Shown piece by piece: positions 28,294 to 37,884 of a DNA stretch of 38,993 bases; positions within the stretch are counted from its first letter, which is position 1, and each line of letters opens with the position of its first letter. The stretch is from NCBI GenBank assembly GCA_938091905.1, contig CALKOM010000044.1, positions 1 to 38,993 of the forward strand, read 5' to 3'. The translations under genes and the position numbers were made by a program. Origin of the DNA: an uncultured Verrucomicrobiales bacterium. Its GTDB lineage: Bacteria; Verrucomicrobiota; Verrucomicrobiia; Verrucomicrobiales; DEV007. A model generated the notes under the pieces. That model was not told the origin of the DNA and ran no database searches. It worked only from the letters and a program-made list of their open reading frames with translations.

Positions 28294-31200
28294 ATGATGA
28301 CGCACCAATTGGCCATATGGACATCCAGAACCCTCGCCTTTGGAGCCTTTATGCTGTTTATTGCTGGTTGTGGGGACAGATCAACGCCAACCACAGGCAC
28401 CGAAGATGCTCCTCGCGCGACGCCCACGGCCAACGTTGCGGAACCCACGCCCGTCCCCGGTCTAAGCAAACGGGACTACGTCGGTCCACTAGCCGATGCC
28501 TATGAGAGAATCGACCCCACCAAAGACGGTTGGACGACTGAAGCTCTCACTGAAGCGGCGAACGAAGAGTTGGCCGTCCTACAAAACTGGATTGCTGATC
28601 CTGACGTGCCCAAGCCCTCGCTGGACAACAACTTCATGTCGACTCCGTGGATTCCAGCCGCATTAGATACTGTCTTCTCGGAAGATGGTCTAACCGTTCG
28701 CGCGACCAGGCCTGGATTAAAAGTGTCCGGAAACCTTTCATTGGACGATGCCGCCGGAGCCTTGCGCCGAGACTTTGAGGCAGACTCGTTGAAAGTGAAA
28801 TTCAAGCTCTACCGAGTCGAGGACCAACCGAACTCCCGGCAGTTCACGACCAATGTCCGACTTGAAGCGAGCGGTCTGGCCCCAGACAAGACGACCAAGA
28901 AACAGCACGTTGCTGAATGGACCATGGTTTGGGAGATGGACGACTCCAACGCGCGACTATCGTCTATTGGAATCACTTCTTTCGAGGAAGCCACGCACGC
29001 AAGCACCGCTCTCTTCGAGGACCGCACCGCGGCTGCGCTAGGTAAAAACACTTCGTTTAAAGAGCAACTCTTACAAAGCACTGATTACTGGCGCGGACGG
29101 GTTTCACGGGATTTTGGCGTGGATGTCGTGGCCAATCATGGCCTAGCCATGGGCGATGTGAATGGCGATCGCCTGGACGATTTATATCTTTGCATGCAGG
29201 GTGGGCTTCCCAATCGTCTCTACTTACGCAATCCAGATGGCACGCTGACAGACGCCTCGGCCGAGAGCGGTGCAGATTGGTTAGACTATTGCGCCAGTGC
29301 GCTCATCGTCGATTTCAACAACGACGGGCATCGTGACCTCGTGGTGGGCCAAGAATGGAGGCTCCTCTTCATGGAGAATGACGGGAAGGGGCACTTCGAA
29401 CTCGCCTTCGGGATCGGTACCCAAGCGCAAACCTATTCTATCGCAGCCGCTGACTATGATGGCGATGGCGACCTCGATCTCTATGCCTGCGGCTACAATC
29501 CTTCCTCGGGCGCCATCCGCCAGGGTGCCATGGGCGAGCCCATGCCCTATCACGATGCTCAGAACGGTGGCCCCAGCATGCTCTTAAGGAATGACGGGAA
29601 CTGGGAATTCAATGAAGTCACGGCAGAGGTGGGCATGGATCACAACAACAACCGCTTCAGCTTCGCAGCGACCTGGGAAGACTACGACAATGATGGCGAC
29701 CTCGACCTCTACGTGGCCAACGACTATGGTCGCAACAACCTCTATCAGCAAACGAACGGCAAGTTTCGAGACATCGCCAATCAGTTAGGTCTAGAAGACA
29801 TGTCCTCCGGCATGTCCGTCGCGTGGGGAGACTACAACCGCGATGGTAACATGGACCTCTACGTGAGCAACATGTTCTCTGCCGCAGGCAACCGCATTAC
29901 ATACCAGCGCCAGTTCCAAACGCAGACAAACGATTCGGTGAGGCAAATCTTCCAGCGCCACGCTCGAGGGAACTCGCTCTTTCAAGGGATGGGCCAAGGC
30001 AAGTTTCAAGACGTGAGCGTGGCCAGCAACGTCACGATGGGTCGTTGGGCTTGGGGCTCTTCTTTCATTGACGTGAACAATGATAGTTGGCGCGACCTCA
30101 TCGTGGCAAATGGCTTCATTACGGCCGAAGACACAGGAGACTTGTGAAGTGTCTACTGGCGGCAGGTCGTGTCGCAATCCCCTATCGATGACTTCTCCGA
30201 AGCCTCCGTCTTGCTCTATCGCCAAGGCTGGCAGGCGCTCAACCGCCTCTTGCATGAGAACCGCTCCTTCAGTGGGAACGAACGCCACTGCGCCTATCTC
30301 AACACGGGCTCTGGCAGATTCGCGAACATCTCGTCCGTGAGCGGGCTCGACTTTGCCGAGGATGGCCGCGCGATCAGTCCTGTCGATTGGGATTTCGATG
30401 GCGATCTCGATCTCTGGATCACGAATCGCACCGCACCTCGCACGCGGCTCATGCTCAACCAGAGCGCCACGAAGAATAGCTACATCGCCTTAAATCTGGA
30501 AGGCAACGGCACCACGACTAACCGCGACGCCATCGGTGCGCGCGTGGAAGTGCTAGGTTTGACCAAACCGCATATCCAAACCAAGTATGCCGGGGAGAGC
30601 TTTCTCTCGCAGTCGAGTAGTTGGCTTCACTTTGGACTTGGGACGCATACGGGCACCGTCGATGTACTCGTCCGATGGCCGAACGCCTCCGCCGAACGAT
30701 TCTCTGCTATCAAACCGGGAGGCTATTATCTCCTCCGCCAGGGAAGCGGACAAGCTCAGCCGTGGAGCCCGCCCAAAGACGGCGCAGCGTTTGCGGCAAA
30801 TGATGGCCCTATTGCCAGGGCGACTTCTCCAAGCCAAGTCAGGCTCGTTCTCGCCGGCGGCCTGCCGTTGCCTGACCTGACCGAAATCTTGCCGAACAAC
30901 CAAGAGCAAGCCATCGCTTTCACAAAGAAGCCCACCCTAATTAACGTCTGGGCTACGTGGTGCCAACCGTGCCATGAAGAACTCGCTGCCTGGAGCAAAC
31001 AAGCGAAGGCCTTTCAACAGGCAGGGCTAGAAGTGATCACGCTGAATGCGGACGAAGACGAAGCGGGCCGCAAGAAGAGCGTGGCTATTCTCAAGAAACT
31101 AGGATCTCCGTTTCGCGCGGCTGCGGTCACGCCATCCACTGTCCGTCGGCTCGATATTCTTCAACGCGCGACGCTTGATCTTTGGGAACCCCTTCCCGTG

Positions 31201-32226
31201 CCCTCGAGTTTCTTGGTCGATTCTCAGGGATATGTTCGAATCATCTACAAGGGAGGTATCACCGCCGCTCAAGTGGTCGATGACCTGACACTTCTCAACG
31301 CCAATCCGGCCAAGTTGCGAAGCGCCGCCGTCCCCTTCCCTGGGAAATGGACCCATGATCCCAGTGCGCCTGACCCAATCCGCGTGACGATCCAGTTCGT
31401 CGACCATGCCCTCATCGAGGAAGGACTTGCTTACATCCAGAAAGCCGTACGCCTGGATCAACAGTACCGCTCATCACAGTATAGCAATACGGATTTGGCA
31501 GATCGTCTCTTCGTCGCTGGCACCCTACTCGCAAGCCAAGGCAAACAAGAGGCTGCTATCAAGACCTACCAGCAAGCAAGTAAGTTCAATCCTACCGACC
31601 AACGCATTCTTAGCGCACTCGCCAGTCACACTAGCAAGGTCAGTAGCACGGGCTCCAAGCCACCCCCCCTAACCGAACTCACAGAACAACTCAGAGGTAA
31701 TCCGACCGATGCCAAACTGGCTGAGCAGGTAGCGGTGACCATGGTGCGCGAAGGTCAAGCCAAGCAAGCCTTGCCGATTCTCAGCAAGCTGGTGCAATCG
31801 CAGCCGAAGCACGTGAACCTGCGATTCTATCACGGCGTAGCGCTTCAGCGTACGGGCAATTTGTCAGGTGCCATTGCAAGCTTTGAACAGGCACACAAAA
31901 TCGATCCCGCCCATGCTCTCTCCGCGAACAGCCTCGCCTGGATTGGCGCAACGCATCCCGATGCGAAATTACGAAATGGTAAACGTGCGGTGGCACTTGC
32001 CCAACAACTCTGTGCGCGCACTCAATACAGAAACCCCTCCTTTCTCATGACGCTGGCTGCTGCCCAAGCGGAAGTTGGTTCGTTTCCGGCAGCTGCCGAC
32101 AACATCAAGAGGGCGATTCAAGTCATGCGCGCAGCCAAACAGAAGCGACCGGCCGACATCAAGGTTCTCGAGACCCGCCTCAAACTCTACCAGTCCGGGC
32201 AGCACTTCCGAGACGCCAGCCTCTAG
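28294..32226 (+). CDS. CRTAC1-like lipoprotein (FG-GAP repeats + ASPIC/UnbV + TlpA-like thioredoxin + TPR) with an in-frame TGA at 30145-30147 (candidate selenocysteine)
   Basis: ORFs 28255-30147 and 30169-32226 are in frame and separated only by TGA (EDTGDL-U-SVYWRQVVSQSP). Lipobox IAGC; DxDxDGDLD repeats on both sides of the TGA; NRDAIGARV...LHFGLG; WATWCQPC; TPRs. Confidence 0.8.
30157..30176 (+). promoter_or_regulatory. Candidate bacterial SECIS hairpin
   Basis: UG(G)CGGCA-GGUCG-UGUCGCA at +10..+29 after the UGA; the apical loop begins GGU. Confidence 0.6.
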
Positions 32227-32281
32227 GCCTGAGCGGCCCTCCATTTGACCTTCAAACGGTTGGGGGCCATGGTCCTAGCTT

Positions 32282-33784
32282 ATGAAGTCTTGGGTTGTTC
32301 TCGTCGTCGCTGCCGTCGCTGGAGGTTGCGGCGGTTTCCTCATTGGTAAAGCCAAGTCAGACAATAAAGCGGTATCTTCATCCCGAGAGTTGCAACAAGG
32401 TGCCGGACTCATGAGTGGGGGCGATCAAGGATCAGGCAATGTTTCCGCTGGGCCGAACAGGACAACGTCTACGGTGGATGGGATGAATCGGAACAATCTG
32501 CGACGTGAGCTAGACACGATTAAGCGAGACCCGAACCCAATCAATCGCTTTGCTAGTCTCACACAACTGTTGGGCGATCTCTCTGAGGACAACCTGAGTC
32601 AAGTGCTCTCAGCCTTTCATGAGATTCCCATGCGCTACGAACATCGGGAAGAGTATCAGATGCTCATCTATGCGTGGGCTAGTTTTGATCCCGAAGCTGC
32701 TCTTAAGTTTGTCGATGAGAATGCGAACAGTCGTAGCATCCGGAAGAACGATCTCCTCAATCCACTCGTTGCTTCCTGGGCCTCTCAAGATCCTGACGCG
32801 ACGTTGGAGTGGATCAACGAACTCCCGGAAAGTGAGCGCTCCATTCAGCTCCTGGCCGGACTGATGGAAGGCTGGGCCACAAAAGACCCTTACGCCGCCG
32901 CAGAATACCTGCAGGCCAACGTCGAGCCCGGCAAAGATCGCGAGAAACTAGCTGGTGAAATCGCCAGTCATCTCTTCAAACAGAATCCTAACGACGCCGC
33001 CAAATGGGCAGAATCCCAGTCCGATCTCGGATTCCGGGCAGAAGCGTTTGAAGAGCTCGCGGAGGACTGGGCAAGCGTGGACCCGAACGCTTTAGCAGGT
33101 TGGTTAGGAGATCATGCTGAGGAGGACTATAGCGCTGAAGCCTTCCAAGACCTTGCCCGCGCCTGGGTGAGCGAAGATCCAAGCGCTGCCACCGCGTATT
33201 TCGAGAACTTGCCTGACGGTACCGCCAAAGAGACCGGCATCTATGAAATGGCCGTGACTTGGGGCAAAGATGACCTGGGCGCCTTGGGCGAATGGCTCAA
33301 TGGCCTACCAGATTCTAATGTGACCGACCAAGGCGTGAAGGCGTATGTCAATCGCTTGGCCAAAGACTCTCCTCAAGCGGCCATCGATTCCGCCCTCTCC
33401 ATCACGGGAGATGAAGTCCGCAACGAGACCGTGCAGAACCTCGGCCAGAATTGGTTCCGTCAGGATCCCGAAGCCGCTACCGCCTGGGCGAGTGCCAATG
33501 GCGTGCCGGTAGAGAACTTCCAGTCAAAGAATGATACCATCCGAATGACGATCAACGGCGAAGAGATTGAGGTGCCCACTGGGGCAGCGAACGTCGACCT
33601 CATTACTCCCGGCCACGTTCACCAAATCCAGGGCTCCATTGAGCAACTGCAAGATGTGGGCATCGTCATTGAGTCGAGTCCGACTGTTGAGCGCGTCATT
33701 GACGGTGTGTCTGTTGAGAACGAACTCACTATCGACGCAGAGTCGCTTGATGGCGCAGCGATACAAAGATCATTGATTGATTGA
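32282..33784 (+). CDS. Membrane-anchored hypothetical protein with WAxxDPxAAxxW helical repeats
   Basis: N-terminal hydrophobic anchor; repeats WASFDPEAA, WASQDPDAT, WATKDPYAA, WASVDPNAL, WVSEDPSAA, WFRQDPEAA. Confidence 0.8.
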   Translation: MKSWVVLVVAAVAGGCGGFLIGKAKSDNKAVSSSRELQQGAGLMSGGDQGSGNVSAGPNRTTSTVDGMNRNNLRRELDTIKRDPNPINRFASLTQLLGDLSEDNLSQVLSAFHEIPMRYEHREEYQMLIYAWASFDPEAALKFVDENANSRSIRKNDLLNPLVASWASQDPDATLEWINELPESERSIQLLAGLMEGWATKDPYAAAEYLQANVEPGKDREKLAGEIASHLFKQNPNDAAKWAESQSDLGFRAEAFEELAEDWASVDPNALAGWLGDHAEEDYSAEAFQDLARAWVSEDPSAATAYFENLPDGTAKETGIYEMAVTWGKDDLGALGEWLNGLPDSNVTDQGVKAYVNRLAKDSPQAAIDSALSITGDEVRNETVQNLGQNWFRQDPEAATAWASANGVPVENFQSKNDTIRMTINGEEIEVPTGAANVDLITPGHVHQIQGSIEQLQDVGIVIESSPTVERVIDGVSVENELTIDAESLDGAAIQRSLID

Positions 33785-33884
33785 AGGATCCATCATCAAG
33801 GTTAACTCCCCTCAGTAAGGCAAGGTAGCGTCGGCCTCCAGGAGACGTCTCAGCCAAGATGGCCAAGCCACATTGAGCTAGATG

Positions 33885-34787
33885 CTAGATGACTTGCGTG
33901 TAACGGATGAACTCGTCATAGCGGGCCTGAATCTTCGCGTCGTCCAACTCATGGAGCATCTTGGTCGAGAAGGCTTCGCAAACAAAGCTGGCCATGACGG
34001 TGCCTTGGACAACACCCTGACAGAGATCCTTGAAGCTGACTACTCCCTCGCTCTTCGCGAGATAACCTGCGAGAGCTCCCGCAAATGTATCCCCCGCGCC
34101 CGTAGGATCGAGGACTTCGTGAAGCGGAAAGGCGCCACAGGTGAAGAAGTGGTTCTTGGCAAAAAGCATGGAACCGTGTTCGCCTTTCTTAATCACCACA
34201 TACTTGGAACCCATTTCGAGAAGACGATTCCCTGCCGTGATGAGATTGTTCGTTCCCGCGAGCTGTTTCGCCTCACTATCGTTTAAAATCAGGAGATCAA
34301 TCTTCTCAATCAGCGCCTTAAGCGGCTCAAGCGTGACGTTGATCCAGAGATCCATTGTATCCGCGATGATGAAATCAGCATGACACTGCTGCAGAACTTC
34401 CATCTGCGTGACCGGACTCATGTTGGCAAGAAGAACGATCTTACTCTTGGCCACGCTCTCATCGAGCTTCGGATGGTAATCTTCGATGACGTTCAATTGC
34501 ACATCGAGCGTCTCCCGCGTGTTAAGGTCGTCAAAGTACTCTCCCGACCAGTAGAAAGTCTTTCCGTCAGAGTGCTCCACACCGCTTAAGTCGACACCAT
34601 GCTTCTTCAGAGTTTCCACATGCTCGGCAGGAAAGTCGTGCCCCACGATGCCTTGAAGCACGGTCGGCGCAAAGTAGCTCGCACTGATCGCTGCATAACA
34701 AGCCGAACCTCCGAGAAGATTCTTATGAGCGGTGGTGGGAGTCTTGATGTCATCAATGGCAATGGTGCCGGCTACAAGTACTGACAT
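33885..34787 (-). CDS. PfkB-family carbohydrate/nucleoside kinase
   Basis: LGGSACYAA, LNDSEA, VIKKGEHGS, DPTGAGDTFAG; start MSVLV. Confidence 0.93.
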   Translation of the reverse strand: MSVLVAGTIAIDDIKTPTTAHKNLLGGSACYAAISASYFAPTVLQGIVGHDFPAEHVETLKKHGVDLSGVEHSDGKTFYWSGEYFDDLNTRETLDVQLNVIEDYHPKLDESVAKSKIVLLANMSPVTQMEVLQQCHADFIIADTMDLWINVTLEPLKALIEKIDLLILNDSEAKQLAGTNNLITAGNRLLEMGSKYVVIKKGEHGSMLFAKNHFFTCGAFPLHEVLDPTGAGDTFAGALAGYLAKSEGVVSFKDLCQGVVQGTVMASFVCEAFSTKMLHELDDAKIQARYDEFIRYTQVI

Positions 34788-34810
34788 GAATGTTGGTCTT
34801 TCGGGGTTGG

Positions 34811-35452
34811 TTATTGAGTTAGAATAGATTGGCAAGCACCGATGTAGGCAGCTTTGTCAGGGCTCTGCAAGATACCGGAAACGATCACGGCTCGGTGAGC
34901 ACCCTGCCCTATAATCGTAGGCAAATTCTCTTGTTTCACACCACCGATACAGAAGATGGGCATGTCCAAATCCGAGTGGACCTGAGCAATATCTTCCATT
35001 CCAATTGGCTTGTATTCTGGTTTGGTCGGCGTTGCAAAGAGTGGTCCGAAGCCGATGTAATCTACGGGCTCAGTGGCTGCTGCCCGTGCTTGCTCCAAGC
35101 TATGGGTCGATTTTCCGACAATGGCTTGATCGCCAACAACGGCGCGAGCAGCCGCGACCGATTCGTCATCCTGCCCAACGTGAACACCATCGGCCTTCAC
35201 TGCAAGGGCGATGTCAGCGTGGTCATTGATGATAAAGGGAACCTGGGCGATCTTCGCGATGGGCTGGACCTGACAAGCCATGGCAGCAATGTTATCTTTG
35301 GAAATTCCCTTGGCACGAAGCTGAAGGATGTCGACTCCACCGTCAACGAGCTCCCTGGCCACAGAGGCGACTTGGTCTCGCGAGACATAACCGAGATCCA
35401 GGATCCCGTAGAGATGGCAGTGATAGAGATTGGCCATGTGCCTGATCGTCAT
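34811..35452 (-). CDS. thiE: Thiamine-phosphate synthase
   Basis: QLRAK, FIIND, ADGVHVGQDD, GKSTHS, DYIGFGPLFATPTK, CIGG. Start uncertain (35437, 35452 or 35497). Confidence 0.94.
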   Translation of the reverse strand: MTIRHMANLYHCHLYGILDLGYVSRDQVASVARELVDGGVDILQLRAKGISKDNIAAMACQVQPIAKIAQVPFIINDHADIALAVKADGVHVGQDDESVAAARAVVGDQAIVGKSTHSLEQARAAATEPVDYIGFGPLFATPTKPEYKPIGMEDIAQVHSDLDMPIFCIGGVKQENLPTIIGQGAHRAVIVSGILQSPDKAAYIGACQSILTQ

Positions 35453-35503
35453 AAGGTAGCGTCGGCATCCTGCCGGGGGCGCGGGCTGGATGCCCATGCT
35501 ACA

Positions 35504-36862
35504 CTAACCAGCCTTCGTCTGCCGTGCCATAAACTGCTCGACCCAATCGATGTTGTAATTGCCACTCTTGAAATCAAAGTCCTGCAGAATGGAATCTTGG
35601 AACGGAATCGTCGTCTTGATACCCTGGATCAAAAACTCGTTCAAAGCCCGTCGCATGCGAGAGATCGCGATGTCCCGCGTCGCTCCCGTGACGATGAGCT
35701 TGGCGATCATCGAATCGTAGTATGGCGGCACCTCGTAGCCCGAATACACATGCGTGTCCACCCGGACACCGCGTCCACCAGGAGCGTAAAACAGTTCAAT
35801 CTTGCCCGGACTCGGCATGAAGTTATTGTAAGGATCTTCGGCGTTGATCCGGCATTCGATGGCGTGGTGACGCACAATCGCATTCTTCACGTGATCAGAC
35901 AGCTCTTCCCCAGCGGCAATCCGGATCTGCTCCTTGATGAGGTCACAACCGTAGATCTCTTCCGTAATGGGATGCTCGACCTGAATGCGAGTGTTCATCT
36001 CCATGAAGTAGAACTCACCAGATTCATCTAGCAGGTATTCAATAGTACCGCAGTTCTCATACCCAATCTCTTTCGTCAGCTTGACCGACGCCTCGCCCAT
36101 CCGCTGGCGAAGTTCCTCGTTCAACTTAGGAGAAGGACACTCTTCAATGATCTTCTGGTGACGGCGCTGGAGCGAACAATCACGCTCTCCCAAATGCACC
36201 ACATTCCCATGACTATCAGCCACGACTTGAAACTCGATGTGATGGGGGTTGGTGATGAGTTTCTCCATGTAGACCTCACCATTGCCAAAGGCCTTGAGGG
36301 CTTCATTGGAAGCTGCTTGAAAAGCACTGCTCAGCGCGGCTTCATTGAGAACAGGACGCATTCCTTTCCCGCCACCACCAGCAGAGGCCTTGATCATGAC
36401 AGGATATCCGATCTTGGCTGCAATCTTGAGCGCTTCCTTTTCATCCGGAATGACTCCGGCACTCCCTGGCGTGCAGGGAACGCCGAGGCGCGTCGCCGTG
36501 GCGCGGGCTTGATTCTTATCGCCCATCGTTTCGATGACACGAGCGGAAGGCCCAATGAACTTGATCTCACAGCTCTCGCAAATGTCTGCGAACTGCGCAT
36601 TCTCTGACAGAAAGCCATAGCCAGGGTGAATGGCATCTACATTGGCAATCTCCGCCGCACTAATGATGCGGTCCGGCAAGAGATAGCTCTGCGCACTTGC
36701 TGCTGGCCCGATGCAAATGGCTTCGTCTGCCAACTGGACATGCATGGAATCCACGTCTGCCTCGGAATATACGGCAACGGTGCGGATATCCAACTCCTTA
36801 CACGCGCGAATGACACGCAGCGCGATTTCGCCACGATTGGCGACGAGAACCTTTTGAAACAT
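35504..36862 (-). CDS. accC: Acetyl-CoA carboxylase, biotin carboxylase subunit
   Basis: [62 protein letters not shown]. Confidence 0.97.
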   Translation of the reverse strand: MFQKVLVANRGEIALRVIRACKELDIRTVAVYSEADVDSMHVQLADEAICIGPAASAQSYLLPDRIISAAEIANVDAIHPGYGFLSENAQFADICESCEIKFIGPSARVIETMGDKNQARATATRLGVPCTPGSAGVIPDEKEALKIAAKIGYPVMIKASAGGGGKGMRPVLNEAALSSAFQAASNEALKAFGNGEVYMEKLITNPHHIEFQVVADSHGNVVHLGERDCSLQRRHQKIIEECPSPKLNEELRQRMGEASVKLTKEIGYENCGTIEYLLDESGEFYFMEMNTRIQVEHPITEEIYGCDLIKEQIRIAAGEELSDHVKNAIVRHHAIECRINAEDPYNNFMPSPGKIELFYAPGGRGVRVDTHVYSGYEVPPYYDSMIAKLIVTGATRDIAISRMRRALNEFLIQGIKTTIPFQDSILQDFDFKSGNYNIDWVEQFMARQTKAG

Positions 36863-36883
36863 GCTAGTTCAGAATGACGGTTA

Positions 36884-37384
36884 TCAATCGCTGCTCACCA
36901 GGAAGAGCGGCTGGCCATATTGGACCGGAGTGCCGTCCTCGACCAAGACTTTGGTCACCTTGCCTTTGATCTCAGCCTTGATCTCATTCATCACCTTCAT
37001 GGCTTCGATGATACAGACCACGCTTTCATCGGAAACATCGTCCCCCACATTGACAAAGACACCAGCCTCGGGCGAAGACGCCCGGTAGAAGGTGCCGACC
37101 ATGGGACTGGCAATCTCTTTCTCATTCGCAGCCAAGGCGGGAGGCACGTTACCATCCTGCGATGGCGCCGCTGCTGCTGCCGGAGCAGGCGCGCCAACCG
37201 TCGGTGCGGGAGCCGCGATCATCTGAGGCGCCGAGGCTTGTTGCGCGCGGATCAGAGACTGGATCTCATCCGCATCCATCCCCTTCTTGAGCTTGAGATT
37301 GATACCCTCCCTTTCAAGATGGAAGAGCGACAGGTCGTGCTCGTCCATCAATTCCACAATTTGGCGAATCTCTTCGAATTCCAC
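36884..37384 (-). CDS. accB: Acetyl-CoA carboxylase biotin carboxyl carrier protein
   Basis: Ala/Pro linker, SPMVGTFYR, EAMKVMNEI biotinylation motif; GTG start. Confidence 0.97.
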   Translation of the reverse strand: MEFEEIRQIVELMDEHDLSLFHLEREGINLKLKKGMDADEIQSLIRAQQASAPQMIAAPAPTVGAPAPAAAAAPSQDGNVPPALAANEKEIASPMVGTFYRASSPEAGVFVNVGDDVSDESVVCIIEAMKVMNEIKAEIKGKVTKVLVEDGTPVQYGQPLFLVSSD

Positions 37385-37443
37385 GCGTTTTTAGTAACTG
37401 AAGTTTGGGCTGGGATACTTGGGTGAGGCGATCTCAGATGGGC

Positions 37444-37809
37444 TCAAACGCGGCGGGCGTTCTCGCCTTCTTTGATCAATTCCCAGAAGACTTTGGACTG
37501 GCTAACAGCCTCATCCTCTGCTAGCGGGAGTTTGCTGCGATAGAGAAAGTCTTGCAAGGTGTTTTTATGGAGTACCCGGTGGACGACCACGCAGCCCTCC
37601 GCGACCTCGAAATAAAGTCGCAGGTCCTTTGCACGGTAACGGTAGAGTTTCTCCCCACTCCGCTCGATCACGCCGTAGGCCTCCGAACTCTCTATGGATT
37701 CTAGATCTTTCGGGTCTACCTGAAACTCGTCCAAGAGCTCCAACTGCGCCATGGTAGACAGTTGGGACATCTCAGCAGCGCTGATCTCATTGAAAACGAC
37801 CTGAAGCAT
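37444..37809 (-). CDS. RelE/ParE-fold-like hypothetical protein (no adjacent antitoxin)
   Basis: MLQVVFNEISAAEM...KLYRYRAKDLRLYFEV...VVVHRVLHK matches the RelE-like YRxRxxDxRxxF pattern. Confidence 0.6.
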   Translation of the reverse strand: MLQVVFNEISAAEMSQLSTMAQLELLDEFQVDPKDLESIESSEAYGVIERSGEKLYRYRAKDLRLYFEVAEGCVVVHRVLHKNTLQDFLYRSKLPLAEDEAVSQSKVFWELIKEGENARRV

Positions 37810-37884
37810 AACCCCACTATGTCGAAGGCCCGCCGTCAGCGCTACCACAAATCCAGGCCCTGTGCCTGGATCGCCAATGGCATC

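Noticed and set aside
34811..35503. TPP riboswitch upstream of thiE
   Set aside because: Only about 50 nt separate the accC stop from the probable thiE start, and no CTGAGA-type TPP core is visible.
34829..36031. 400-aa plus-strand ORF and other long antisense ORFs (e.g. 6123-6653, 11497-12090, 36920-37426)
   Set aside because: Shadow frames opposite well-supported genes such as thiE, accC and accB; expected in GC-rich coding DNA.
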